Below are positions 51,085-61,066 of a stretch of DNA of 64,000 bases, one piece after another. This stretch comes from an uncultured Acidobacteriota bacterium. Its GTDB lineage: Bacteria; Acidobacteriota; UBA6911. A program made the position numbers and the translations under genes. The DNA lies in assembly GCA_963827655.1 (NCBI GenBank), contig CAWHCF010000038.1:96001-160000 (forward strand). The letters are read 5' to 3'. Below the pieces are notes generated by a model that saw only the letters and a list, made by a program, of their open reading frames with translations, was not told where the DNA came from and searched no databases. Numbering within the stretch: position 1 is the first letter of the stretch; each line of letters begins with the position of its first letter.

Positions 51085-53982
51085 ATGAACCTCAAGCGCT
51101 ATCGATGGAGCAAGCTCCTGCAATTAGCGGTGCTGCTGTGGGCGGTGCCGCTGCAGGCCCAGAAGTTCTATCCGGACGACCCTCTGACTCAAGATCCCGC
51201 TCCGTTTCCAGCTGACGCGGCTAATTTCAGGGGGCTGAACCCCCTTTACGAGATGGTTACTGGCCAGTTCGGGACGCCCGGCCAACGCCACCCGGCGAAT
51301 GGAGTGATCCCCGCCCTGAGTCCCAACACCCTCGGTGAGGTCATGGACGGCCTTTGGTTTGTGAATCGGCATGCCCGCCAGCGGCTCTCAGCCAAGGAAC
51401 TGCTGGAGGGTTCGGGCCGAGGCGAAGCTCCATCCCACCAGGAGAAGTGGCGAGTGCTGACAGTCCGAAAGTATGGAATCCGCCCCGGAATTTTGATCCA
51501 TGACGCCAAGAACCAACTCTATCTGCTGCGCTTTGATACTCCGCGGCGGCTGGAAATGTCCACCGGCGCCGAGATGATCGGCTCCCGCATTTTCCACGCC
51601 CTCGGCTACGTGGTGGCCGAGCACCATCTGGTCTATTTCGACCGCGCGCAACTCTTAGCCGATCCGGAGGGAGAAGACATAAACGCCGTCGGTCGGGCGG
51701 AGCGCCTCGAGGAAGAGGATATTGATCTTTTTCTGGAGAAAGTGCCGCGCGATCCGGCCAAGGGTTATCGGGCCGTAGTAATTTCGCCGCCGAAAGGAGT
51801 ACAAAAGCTGCTCGGACCTTACCAATTCCACGGCACGCGCAGCGATGATCCCAACGACGTGGTCCTCCATGAACATCGACGGGACTTGCGAGGCTTGCAT
51901 GTGATTTCGGCCTGGCTGGCAAACGACTGGATTAGTGCAGTCCAGACTATGGATATCCTGTTTGAGGAAAAGGGAGCGCATTTCATCCGGCACGGACTGG
52001 TCGACTTCTCCACGCTGCTCGGCAGCGGCTTCGAACAAGTCAAAGACGCGCGCGATGGTTACGAGCCATTATTTGATCTCCGGTCGACCTTGAAAAACTT
52101 TATGGGCATGGGGTTCTATGCCCCCGACTGGCAGCGAGCGCGCTATCCCGACATTCGCTCGGTTGGGTTGTTCGAGTCAAAGGTTTTTGATCCGGCTAAA
52201 TGGCGGCCCACGACCGAGTCAGCAGCACTGGCCAATCATTTGCCCGACGACGACTACTGGGCTGCCAAGCAAATCCTGGCTTTTACCGACGAAGATTTGA
52301 GGGTCGTGGTCAAAGCAGCACAATACACGGATCCGCAGGCAGAAGAGTGGGTCGCGAACTGCCTGATCGAAAGGCGCGACAAAGTTGTGCGCTATTTCCT
52401 CGATCGGGTTCTGCCGCTGGAGAACTTCCGAATAGAGGATGGAGTGCTCCGCTTCGACGACCTGGCAGTGCAGCGCGGTCTGCGAGGATCGCAGAACTAC
52501 TCGGTCCAATGGTCGGAGTTCCGCAATCTTCAGAAAGATCACCTGGATCTCGAGCGAGCGAATTCCTTCCAGGTTCCGGAGCGCGCCGTGGCTGCCGGCG
52601 CGGGATCCTACTACGCGGCCAGGATCTCGTCAGACGCGCCCGGCAAGACCTTGACGGTTTACCTTCGGAAAGGAGAAGCGGGTTTCAAGGTCGTCGGTAT
52701 TGACCGGGATTGGCCCGGAAAGGTAGTGGCAAAGGATCAACCGCGTGGAGGCAAACCACCCAAGACCTATACCGATCTTACACCTCGCCAGAAACAGCTC
52801 ATCGATACTTACGTGGCGGACTACAACCAGAAGACGGGCTTCAATATCACGACGGAAGTCGGCTATGCAGCGCTCAGCAATTCTGAGCGCACTACCTTTG
52901 ACGCGATAACCCACGCTCTGTCCAAAACTGAATTGACCGACGCGGAGGGCAAGAACCTGGGCACGGCACTGGATACGATCGTGGCGGTCGAACGCATCGC
53001 GGGCCAATACCAGGGCCGCGAAGGCGACGAGCAATTTCGCGTTTACTGCAAGTTGAAGCCCGGGACGCGGGAGATCATCGAGAAGAGCCGGGAGTTCAAA
53101 TTCGGCGAGGAGAATACAGTCTACCACGTCGGCTATCCCTATTCTTACCGCCAGCTAGGCAAGGTGCCGAACCTCCAGTACTCCATCTCCGAAGATGGTC
53201 TTCGGGCGGACATCGACGTGGACTACCGCTCCAGCAAGGTCCCGGCATCCATGTGGAACGGCCACCTGAGCTCCGCCAATTCTGACGTTCGAGCCGGCAA
53301 CAACCATAAACGCCACAACGATCGCTGGGCGGGCTTGGTTAACTGGTGGTCTGCGATACTGGGCAAAATGCCCGAGGAGGGTGAGCCGGCGGGCGACATG
53401 CTGGCCAAAGAGCCGCCGGAACCGGCCACTCCGTTGCCGCCGAACCGGTCTCCAGGTGCGCAGATCGCTGAAGTCTGGGAAGCCACTCAGGAATTTCTCA
53501 CCGACTGGCTGGTGCGGCGCAACGATGAGGCGCTGGAGTTCGTTTCAGACCAGGCCTTGGCATGCGCAAAGCTGGAAGATGGAACCGACCCGCGCACACT
53601 GACGTCCGCCGAAGCGCGCCGAAACCTGCAACAGGTCATGAAAGCGGTTTCGGATCGGGTCGGCACGGTCAACAGCCTGACCCAGGTAATCGATGCCGTC
53701 GTTCCGTGGAGGAAAGCCTTCCGTGTGGTGAAACAGCCTTTTGAAGGAGACTTCGCCATCGTCGAGGCCCCGGATGCCTTTGCCGAACACTTCCGCTGCG
53801 AAAGCCGTTCCAAAGAGAAACAGCTTCGGGTGCTGTCGGACGAGAACCTGCGCTACGGGACCTACTATGGGGCAGTGTTCCGGTTAACGCTTGGCCCCAC
53901 TCGAGGCAGCGTGCTGGCGCTGTTGTGGACGAAACAGGGCGGCGCCTGGCGAGTGATCGCGTGGGAGGTTCTGTCGTCCTGA
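51085..53982 (+). CDS. Large secreted protein with a kinase-like N-terminal half and an unknown C-terminal half
   Basis: 965-aa open ORF with signal peptide, QKFYPDDPL, EMSTGAE.I.SRIFHALGY, HRRDLRGL..AWL and VDFS. Fold assignment is inference. Confidence 0.7.
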   Translation: MNLKRYRWSKLLQLAVLLWAVPLQAQKFYPDDPLTQDPAPFPADAANFRGLNPLYEMVTGQFGTPGQRHPANGVIPALSPNTLGEVMDGLWFVNRHARQRLSAKELLEGSGRGEAPSHQEKWRVLTVRKYGIRPGILIHDAKNQLYLLRFDTPRRLEMSTGAEMIGSRIFHALGYVVAEHHLVYFDRAQLLADPEGEDINAVGRAERLEEEDIDLFLEKVPRDPAKGYRAVVISPPKGVQKLLGPYQFHGTRSDDPNDVVLHEHRRDLRGLHVISAWLANDWISAVQTMDILFEEKGAHFIRHGLVDFSTLLGSGFEQVKDARDGYEPLFDLRSTLKNFMGMGFYAPDWQRARYPDIRSVGLFESKVFDPAKWRPTTESAALANHLPDDDYWAAKQILAFTDEDLRVVVKAAQYTDPQAEEWVANCLIERRDKVVRYFLDRVLPLENFRIEDGVLRFDDLAVQRGLRGSQNYSVQWSEFRNLQKDHLDLERANSFQVPERAVAAGAGSYYAARISSDAPGKTLTVYLRKGEAGFKVVGIDRDWPGKVVAKDQPRGGKPPKTYTDLTPRQKQLIDTYVADYNQKTGFNITTEVGYAALSNSERTTFDAITHALSKTELTDAEGKNLGTALDTIVAVERIAGQYQGREGDEQFRVYCKLKPGTREIIEKSREFKFGEENTVYHVGYPYSYRQLGKVPNLQYSISEDGLRADIDVDYRSSKVPASMWNGHLSSANSDVRAGNNHKRHNDRWAGLVNWWSAILGKMPEEGEPAGDMLAKEPPEPATPLPPNRSPGAQIAEVWEATQEFLTDWLVRRNDEALEFVSDQALACAKLEDGTDPRTLTSAEARRNLQQVMKAVSDRVGTVNSLTQVIDAVVPWRKAFRVVKQPFEGDFAIVEAPDAFAEHFRCESRSKEKQLRVLSDENLRYGTYYGAVFRLTLGPTRGSVLALLWTKQGGAWRVIAWEVLSS

Positions 53983-54002
53983 AAATGGGACGTCCCATTT
54001 TC
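53981..54002. repeat. Perfect 22-bp palindrome GAAAATGGGACGTCCCATTTTC (family B), possible bidirectional terminator
   Basis: Fills the gap between two convergent stop codons. Confidence 0.8.
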
Positions 54003-54004
54003 CC

Positions 54005-55570
54005 TCATTTCCGCAGCGCTTCGAGCGTACGGGCTACATTGTCCAGCAGCTCGCGTCGCTGCCCTTCATCGGCGAACGTGAGGTCGCTCGACCGGTAATA
54101 CTCGGCTTCGCGTTCCCAGCGCTCGACGACGGCGCGACGCGCCACGTCGACATGAACCGGCCTGCCGCCGCGCAGGATGTACACCGGATTCGTGTGGGCG
54201 CGAATCTCGGGCTCTCCCTCTCGCTGCGGACTCTGAGCGCGCGCGGCCACCCACACGCTCTCACGAACGGGGATCCGGAACGACAGCGCGACCTCCGTCG
54301 CCTTCCCGTCCCCCGCGCGCGCCGCCACGACCTGCCCGTTGACCACGACCTCCACGTTTGAGATGGGCCGGTGGAAGACGGCCCGGGCCTCACCCTCGGC
54401 TACATCGCTATCGAGGGTGGCTCCCGGGGCAGCGCCGTTCACCGACAGCTCGAGCAGCGGACCGTTGGACACCACGGCCTGACCGGCGCGCACGCCCGCC
54501 GCCCAGCTTTCGTACGCGGACTCGCCGGCGCGCGCCTTCACCAGAGTCCGCTCCGGACCAAGGAGCGGCAGCGTCCGCGGCCAGGGTTTGCGGCTATTCA
54601 GTGGCACCGGGAAATCGCTGCCGGCGATCCCGGTCACCCGCAGACCGGCGTTGAGCAGCTCGTACCAGGGCTCTGTCTTGAGCACGCCGAACTGAAACAC
54701 CTCGATGAAGTCGATCGAGCCCAGAGCAAGGTCCATCAACAGAGTCGAGTGCTTTTGGCTGCCGTCGAAGTGTGCGTAGCCGACCGTGGCGCCGAGCTCA
54801 CGGCCGCGGCGGAACAGGACCAGGGGAAAGGGGTAGGCTTCTGGCGAGTTCGCATAGACGCGACCGACGCTAAGCGGGCGCTGCAGCTCGCGCGGGCCGA
54901 GCAGGTTGATGTGCCCGTAGAACTCGCTGCGCGACTCGTGGCCCGGCCGGATGCTGCGGTCCTTGCGGCGCGCCTCCCCCGCCGGGCCGAAAGCGTACTG
55001 CACGGCCGCATCCATCTGCCGCTGGAGCTGCAGGAAGTTCCCGACCGAAAGGTCCTCGGCCTCGAGCCAGCCGAGAAAGATGTCGTCATCCTCGGGCGCG
55101 CGGGTCAGGTGGATATGGTCGTCGCCCGAGAGCCAGCCATCCTGAGGCAGCGGCCGGAGCTGCAGATCGACGCGCCGGCGCTCCCCCGGCCCGAGCTCGA
55201 AGTCTGCGGCGGCCGGTTCGTGGAAGAGCCCGCGGTAAGCCTCGAGCCGGTACCGCCCGGGCGGCACGACAAAGCGACCGCGCCCCCGGAGCAGGATGAC
55301 ATGAGATTGCTCGTTGCCCGTGACCTCGAGCGTCTCGGGCGACACCGCGCGCCGCCAAAGGCGCTCGCGGTAGAAGAGATCCACCTTGAGAGGCAGCAGC
55401 GCATCGACGGGGCTCAGGCGGAAGGGGTTCCCGTTCTTGAGCAGGTAAATGCGGGAAGGCTGGCCGGTGTCGACCTCGAGCTCGGCCTGGAGGCCGGGCA
55501 GACCGGACTCGCGAAACTGCACCCATGCGAGCAGGAGAAGCGAGCCGGCGAAAAGGCCTAGGCGCGGCAT
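54005..55570 (-). CDS. CehA/McbA family PHP-like metallohydrolase
   Basis: GDDHIH, GHE.R..YGH, YAH, WYELLNAG, AGSDF, VSNGPLL and AHTNPVY. Confidence 0.8.
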   Translation of the reverse strand: MPRLGLFAGSLLLLAWVQFRESGLPGLQAELEVDTGQPSRIYLLKNGNPFRLSPVDALLPLKVDLFYRERLWRRAVSPETLEVTGNEQSHVILLRGRGRFVVPPGRYRLEAYRGLFHEPAAADFELGPGERRRVDLQLRPLPQDGWLSGDDHIHLTRAPEDDDIFLGWLEAEDLSVGNFLQLQRQMDAAVQYAFGPAGEARRKDRSIRPGHESRSEFYGHINLLGPRELQRPLSVGRVYANSPEAYPFPLVLFRRGRELGATVGYAHFDGSQKHSTLLMDLALGSIDFIEVFQFGVLKTEPWYELLNAGLRVTGIAGSDFPVPLNSRKPWPRTLPLLGPERTLVKARAGESAYESWAAGVRAGQAVVSNGPLLELSVNGAAPGATLDSDVAEGEARAVFHRPISNVEVVVNGQVVAARAGDGKATEVALSFRIPVRESVWVAARAQSPQREGEPEIRAHTNPVYILRGGRPVHVDVARRAVVERWEREAEYYRSSDLTFADEGQRRELLDNVARTLEALRK

Positions 55571-55577
55571 AGCTCAG

Positions 55578-55606
55578 TTTTTAGTTCGAAGCTCGGAGAG
55601 GGTCAA
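55578..55606 (-). promoter_or_regulatory. Putative leaderless promoter, duplicated at 55811-55839
   Basis: TTGACC, 17-nt spacer, TAAAAA, 7 nt before the ATG. No SD sequence. Confidence 0.5.
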
Positions 55607-56220
55607 GCAAATTTTGGGAGAGGTGCTTCTTCGAGGCTTCCTGTCTTGGAGGTGGGTTTTTGTTTCACTAACCACGAAGACACGAAGACACCAGGAAACG
55701 CGAAGCATCTATCGAATGCCGTCCCCAGGAACTCACGCCGTTCTCCATCGCCACAACTCTGCTGTTTCCATGAATTCAGAGACCCGACCCAAATCTAAGG
55801 CTTAGAAGCGGTTTTAGTTCGAAGCTAGCCGAGGGTCAAGCAATTTCTCGGGAAGGGGCTGCAATTTCGCCGGCCGGTCTCGGCGCGGCGCGCTATGTGA
55901 GGCTTTGAGGCGTTTTCGCGTCTTGCGCGGTTAATTTCGTTCGGCCCGCCTGCCGCCCGACTTCCAATTGACCGCGATGCGCAGTTGTCAGACGTCGACC
56001 TGTCAATTGACGGTGAATGCTGCCGATGCTTGTACCCAGTTGTTATTCAGCGAATTCTTGATTGCGACGATCTCTCACTTCCCTGTTTTCACCGGCTTGA
56101 ACACATACTGCCCCACAGAACTGGTCGTAAACCATCGTTTTAGGATACTCGCTCAGGTAGCTCGCGTCCCACACATTTTCGGGCGGGGAGGTACTGAGGT
56201 CGGACCTCATCAGCACCCAT

Positions 56221-57328
56221 ATGCGCGAAATGCTCTCGCGCGGACACCTGAAAGACGTGCTGCGCCAGCAGTCCGGTTTCGCGTCGATTGAGGCGGGAGA
56301 CGCGACCATCCGCTTCATCAGCTTGCCTCTCCCCCGCGACGCAATCACCCCGCAGTTTATTCTCCACCTGGGACGGTCAACGAATTCCCTGCGCAGCGTT
56401 CTCCAGGAGTACTTCATGATCTATGTCTCGTCGGTCCCTGTCATCCTGGCGGTTTCGGTCCTGGTCGGCTGGTTTCTGGCAGGGAGCGCTCTACGACCCT
56501 TCGAAGAGGTTACCCGAACTGCCCAGCAGATCACTTCCGAGAATCTGAACACTCAGATCGTCACTAGACGCAAGGAAGATGAAATCCAGCGGCTGGTGGA
56601 TTCTTTCAACGCGATGGTGAGCCGATTAGAGGAAATGCGGAAATTCAATGCCGACGTGGCCCACGAACTTCGAACTCCTCTTACCATAATGCAAGGCGAG
56701 AATGAGATCGCCTTGCGTTCCCCTTCTCTGCCGGAAGATGTCCGATCGGTCCTGGCCAGCAACCTCGAGGAGCTGGAGCGGCTGACCCGGATAGTAAACG
56801 ACCTGCTCGTTTTCGCGGAGGCCCAGGCGGGCGCTCAGATGCTGGTCAAGAAGCCGATCAATTTGAGAGCCCTTCTCGATGCCGTAGTAGACCACATCCG
56901 TCTTCTGGCTACCGATCGGTACATAGAGACAGACCTCGGCGGTCCCGCAAGTTATGATCGAAGGAGACGAGCTCTGGATTCGCAGGGCTTTCCTGAATCT
57001 ATTAGACAATGCCATCAAATATTCTCCTGATGGTGGAAAAGTCCGGGTATCGGCCCAGGTCGAGGCTGACATGGTCCGGCTGGGGGTGCGCGACCACGGC
57101 ATAGGAATCTTTTCAGCAGACATTCCTCATATCTTTGACCGGCTTTATTGTGCCGATCCTGCCCGTAGCAGGGGGAGTGGTGGGACGGGACTGGGCTTAT
57201 CTCTGGTCAAATGGATCGTGGAAGCGCACAAGGGGCACATTCAGGTAATTAGCCAACCGGAGAACGGAACCATCTTTGAAGTAAGCTTTCCAATTCTGCG
57301 TCGTGACGTCCTGGCGGCCAGTAAGTGA
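56221..57328 (+). pseudogene. Sensor histidine kinase remnant (TM-HAMP-HisKA-HATPase), 5'-truncated and frameshifted near 56945
   Basis: AHELRTPL, NLLDNAIKYS, DHGIGI and GTGLGLS. Only one TM, and no adjacent response regulator. Confidence 0.7.
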
Positions 57329-57422
57329 AACATACGAACCGCGGGGAAAGCCGGGAAGCAGAGCGAGCGTTGTTTTGGTGTCTTTAACGACTGCGTCCCA
57401 CTGTCATCTTGTCAGTTTCAAA

Positions 57423-57455
57423 TCATCCAGGGTCGCCGGATTCGACCCTGGATGA
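57423..57455. terminator. 13-bp stem-loop
   Basis: TCATCCAGGGTCG-ccggatt-CGACCCTGGATGA. Confidence 0.45.
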
Positions 57456-57505
57456 GGCATGATAACCCGCCACTCGTAGTTGCTTTCTTGCTTCTTTGGC
57501 AAAGA

Positions 57506-57585
57506 TTCTTGGTGTTTCTTCGTGTCTTTGAGTCTTAGTGGTATTGTCAGGCAGCTCTGACCACGAAGACACGAAGAAACACTAG
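57506..57585. repeat. Family C palindromic repeat
   Basis: gtgtttcttcgtgtctttgagtcttagtggt ... accacgaagacacgaagaaacac. Confidence 0.8.
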
Positions 57586-57673
57586 AGCACTTCGATTGCG
57601 GCCGCAGGCCGCGTCAGACCCTTGTGTCTCACGCGGTCTAAGAATCAGAAAAAGAACTGATCGGGGAGGCGAC

Positions 57674-59437
57674 GTGGCAACGTTGGACTGGGTGGTAATC
57701 GCGGCTTATTTCGTCATCCTGCTGGGGCTGGCGTGGTGGGTCATTCGGAGAGGGCGGGACACCGCCGACGATTACTTCCTCGCCGGCCGCAATCTGGGCT
57801 GGTTTGTTGTTGGAGCTTCGATCTTTGCCTCCAACATCGGCTCGGAGCATCTCGTTGGTCTTGCAGGTGCAGGCGCGACCAGTGGCGTGGCGCTGGCGCA
57901 CTACGAGCTTCACGCGTGGTGCCTCCTGGTGCTCGGCTGGGTGCTCATCCCGTTCTACGCGCGCTCCAAGGTCTTCACGATGCCGGAGTTTCTGGAGAGG
58001 CGTTTTTCTCCCACGGCGAGGTGGGTTCTGTCGATCATCTCGCTCGTGGCATACGTCCTGACCAAAATTGCCGTGGGGATATTTGCGGGCGGCGTAGTGT
58101 TCGGCACGCTACTCCCGGAGATGCGGCTGGAGATCGGAACGACGACTTTCAACAGCTTCTGGATCGGGTCCGTGATGGTCGTCCTTCTGACCGGGCTCTA
58201 CACGGTGCTGGGGGGGATGCGCGCGGTGGCGTACACCGAGGCGCTGCAGACCTTGATTCTGGTTCTGGGATCGCTGATTCTCACGCTCTTCGGCCTGAAC
58301 CGTCTGGGCGGCTGGGATGAGCTGCGCCGCGTCCTCGACCCGGACATGTTCAACCTGTGGAAGCCGCTGGTTCCCACGGGAATGGAAGGAACATGGGAGC
58401 CGGTGAAGGAGGCAGGGAGGATTGCCTGGTACTTCAACGGCAACTATCCCTGGTTGGGAATGCTCTTCTGCGCCCCGATCATCGGGCTCTGGTACTGGTG
58501 CACCGACCAGTACATCGTGCAGCGCGCCCTGGGCGCCCCGAGCGAGCGTGAAGCCCGCCGCGGCACCATCTTCGCCGCCTTCTTGAAGCTGCTTCCGGTG
58601 TTCATTTTTATCATCCCCGGCATGATCTGGCTTGCCCTGGCCAAGACCGGAAAGGTGCCGGAGTTTGCGGCCATGATCGACACGAGCGGCCAGGCGGTTC
58701 CCGAGCAAGCCCAGTCGGCGTTTGCCCTCCTGGTGATGCATGTGCTGCCGGCTGGAGTGCGTGGGATCGTCGTAGCGGGACTCCTGGCGGCGCTGATGAG
58801 TTCTCTGGCGGGCGTTTTCAACGCCAGCTCGACGCTTTTCACCATGGACTTCTACCAGAAGTTCCACCCCCGCGCCTCCCAGCACCAGCTCGTATGGATC
58901 GGTCGCGTCGCCACTACCGCCATGGTCCTCATCGGGCTTCTCTGGATCCCCGTCATCCAGGGAGCCAAGGGTCTGTACGACTACCTGCAGGGGGTCCAGG
59001 GTTATCTGGCGCCTCCAATCTTTGTGGTCTTCTTTCTCGGCGTGTCCATGAAGCGCCTCAATGCGAAGGGGTGCCTGGCCGCGCTGATCGTGGGATTTAT
59101 TTTGGGCGCTTTTCGCCTCGCGGTGGACACTCCCGTCAGCCTGAAGCTGAGCGGATTCGAGCAGGGTTATCCTGAAGGCTCGTTCCTGTGGATCGTCAAC
59201 AACATCTACTTCCAGTATTACAGCCTGTTCATCTTCCTGGTTTCGGTCGCCGTCGTGATCGCCGTCAGTTACATGACCGAACCGCCCGGAACCGAGCGCC
59301 TGCGCGGTCTGACTTACGCCACCGTGACCGAGGCGCACCGACGGGAATCGCGCAGCAGCTGGAACCGCTGGGACGTGATCAATTCCTGCGTCGTGGTGGG
59401 CCTGATCTTCGTCGCGTATCTGTACTTCACCGGCTGA
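57674..59437 (+). CDS. Sodium:solute symporter (SGLT-like sugar transporter)
   Basis: DYFLAGR, ASNIGSEHLVGLAG, TMPEFLERRF, WYWCTDQYIVQR and AALMSS. GTG start after GGAGG. Confidence 0.93.
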   Translation: MATLDWVVIAAYFVILLGLAWWVIRRGRDTADDYFLAGRNLGWFVVGASIFASNIGSEHLVGLAGAGATSGVALAHYELHAWCLLVLGWVLIPFYARSKVFTMPEFLERRFSPTARWVLSIISLVAYVLTKIAVGIFAGGVVFGTLLPEMRLEIGTTTFNSFWIGSVMVVLLTGLYTVLGGMRAVAYTEALQTLILVLGSLILTLFGLNRLGGWDELRRVLDPDMFNLWKPLVPTGMEGTWEPVKEAGRIAWYFNGNYPWLGMLFCAPIIGLWYWCTDQYIVQRALGAPSEREARRGTIFAAFLKLLPVFIFIIPGMIWLALAKTGKVPEFAAMIDTSGQAVPEQAQSAFALLVMHVLPAGVRGIVVAGLLAALMSSLAGVFNASSTLFTMDFYQKFHPRASQHQLVWIGRVATTAMVLIGLLWIPVIQGAKGLYDYLQGVQGYLAPPIFVVFFLGVSMKRLNAKGCLAALIVGFILGAFRLAVDTPVSLKLSGFEQGYPEGSFLWIVNNIYFQYYSLFIFLVSVAVVIAVSYMTEPPGTERLRGLTYATVTEAHRRESRSSWNRWDVINSCVVVGLIFVAYLYFTG

Positions 59438-59541
59438 GGGATTCGACCCCACTGGCGAAGCTTGCTTCGCCCAACAGCGGCAGAAGTCGCCAATGGTTTC
59501 TGGTCCGTATGAGGCCGCTCGCTACAAATAACTGAGCCAGG

Positions 59542-60957
59542 TCAGTTATCGACGTTTATCCTCCCTGCCGGCAACTGCTTCAGCAGCTCTTTCATTTCCG
59601 CCACGGTCTTCGCATAAGCGGGATCGCTGGCCAGATTTTTCATCTCCTGCGGATCGTTTGCGTGGTCGAAAAGCATGGCACCCGCCTGGCCGTCCTCCCA
59701 CTCGGCGTAGCGCCAGCGTTCGGTGCGCACAGATTTGCCGAGTTTATTCTGAAAGCGCGTCACGGTGAAGGCCGGATGGCTCCAGGGGGCATTCGGGTTG
59801 AGCAGCAGCGGTGCGAGACTGTGACCTTCCAGGCCGGGTAGCTTCGACAGGCCGCAGAGCTCGACCAGCGTGGGATACATATCGAGCAACTGCACCGTGC
59901 GCGGCGAACTCCTCCCGCCGGTCTTCGTTCCCGGCACTGCCAGAATCAGCGGCACCCGCGTTCCGACTTCGTAGAGCGAGTTGTGTTTCGACCACTTGCC
60001 TTTTTCGCCGAGATGATAGCCGTGATCGCCCCAGAAAACGATGATCGTCTTATCGCGCAGCTTGAGCCGCTCCAGCGCATCGAGCACGCGACCGATGTTG
60101 GCGTCAGTGAATGTCGTGGAAGCGTAGTAAGCGCGGATCACCTCGCGGGCTTCTTGCATCGAAGCGTCCCGCTCGATGAACAGGTCACTGTTGCGCGCTG
60201 GGATGGAAATCTCAGGGAAACCGGGCGGCGCGGCCGGACGCGGAGCAAAATCGGGCGGGAGCGGCATCTTCGCGGGATCGTACGAGTCAATATATTTCCT
60301 CGGTGCAGTCGGCGGACTGTGCGGTTTGGTGAAGCCGGCGGCGAGGAAGAACGGCTTGTCCTTGTATTCCTCCATCAGCTGTATAGCGCGAATCGATGTC
60401 TGGTAATCTGCGTGCGATTCGCCGTCTCCATCGAGTATCACGATCCGGTCGGATTGCGCAGCGACCTGGCCTCGGGCGGGACGCTTTGCGCCAGTGAAGT
60501 CGCGCGGCTCGCCGCCGACGGTCCAGGCATCGGCATCGTCAATGCCGCCATGAAAAATCTTGCCCATTCGCAGGGTTGCGTATCCGTTAGCCTTGAAGTG
60601 CTGCGGCAGAGTGGCGAATCCGGGGTGCTCCGCCCGAAACCACGTGACGTTATCCATCACACCGGTGGTGGTTGGATGGCGGCCGGTCAGCAGCGATGTG
60701 CGCGAGGGGTTGCACAGCGGGTACTGGCAATAGGCGCGCTCGAAGCGCACGCCCCACTTAGCCAGCTTATCTATGTTCGGCGTTCTGATGATCGGATTGC
60801 CGTAGCATCCCAGCGTCGGGCGCAGATCGTCTACGGCAATGAACAGCACATTCAACTTCTCAGCTGCGGCCGCGCTGGTTGCGACAGAATCCGATTGCCA
60901 GGGTAGAAAAGCTGACACAAACAACAACGCCGAAAAACCGAGACGGAGTTTCATCAT
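59542..60957 (-). CDS. Sulfatase (iduronate-2-sulfatase/choline sulfatase-like)
   Basis: DDLRP, CNPSRTSLLTG (CxPxR), GKIFH, KPH.P and GDHGYHLGEK. Confidence 0.92.
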   Translation of the reverse strand: MMKLRLGFSALLFVSAFLPWQSDSVATSAAAAEKLNVLFIAVDDLRPTLGCYGNPIIRTPNIDKLAKWGVRFERAYCQYPLCNPSRTSLLTGRHPTTTGVMDNVTWFRAEHPGFATLPQHFKANGYATLRMGKIFHGGIDDADAWTVGGEPRDFTGAKRPARGQVAAQSDRIVILDGDGESHADYQTSIRAIQLMEEYKDKPFFLAAGFTKPHSPPTAPRKYIDSYDPAKMPLPPDFAPRPAAPPGFPEISIPARNSDLFIERDASMQEAREVIRAYYASTTFTDANIGRVLDALERLKLRDKTIIVFWGDHGYHLGEKGKWSKHNSLYEVGTRVPLILAVPGTKTGGRSSPRTVQLLDMYPTLVELCGLSKLPGLEGHSLAPLLLNPNAPWSHPAFTVTRFQNKLGKSVRTERWRYAEWEDGQAGAMLFDHANDPQEMKNLASDPAYAKTVAEMKELLKQLPAGRINVDN

Positions 60958-61066
60958 TTTTTCGTCTCCCAACGAGGTTACCGGGGAATGCTTGACGCTC
61001 GCCGGTCTGGCGTTGAAAGCTCAACGTCGACTGGAAAAGTAGACCGATGACGTAAAGCCGCGGGGG

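Noticed and set aside
55968-56417. ORFs 55968..56291 (+) and 56043..56417 (-)
   Set aside because: No recognisable domain. They overlap the kinase remnant and are probably junction debris.
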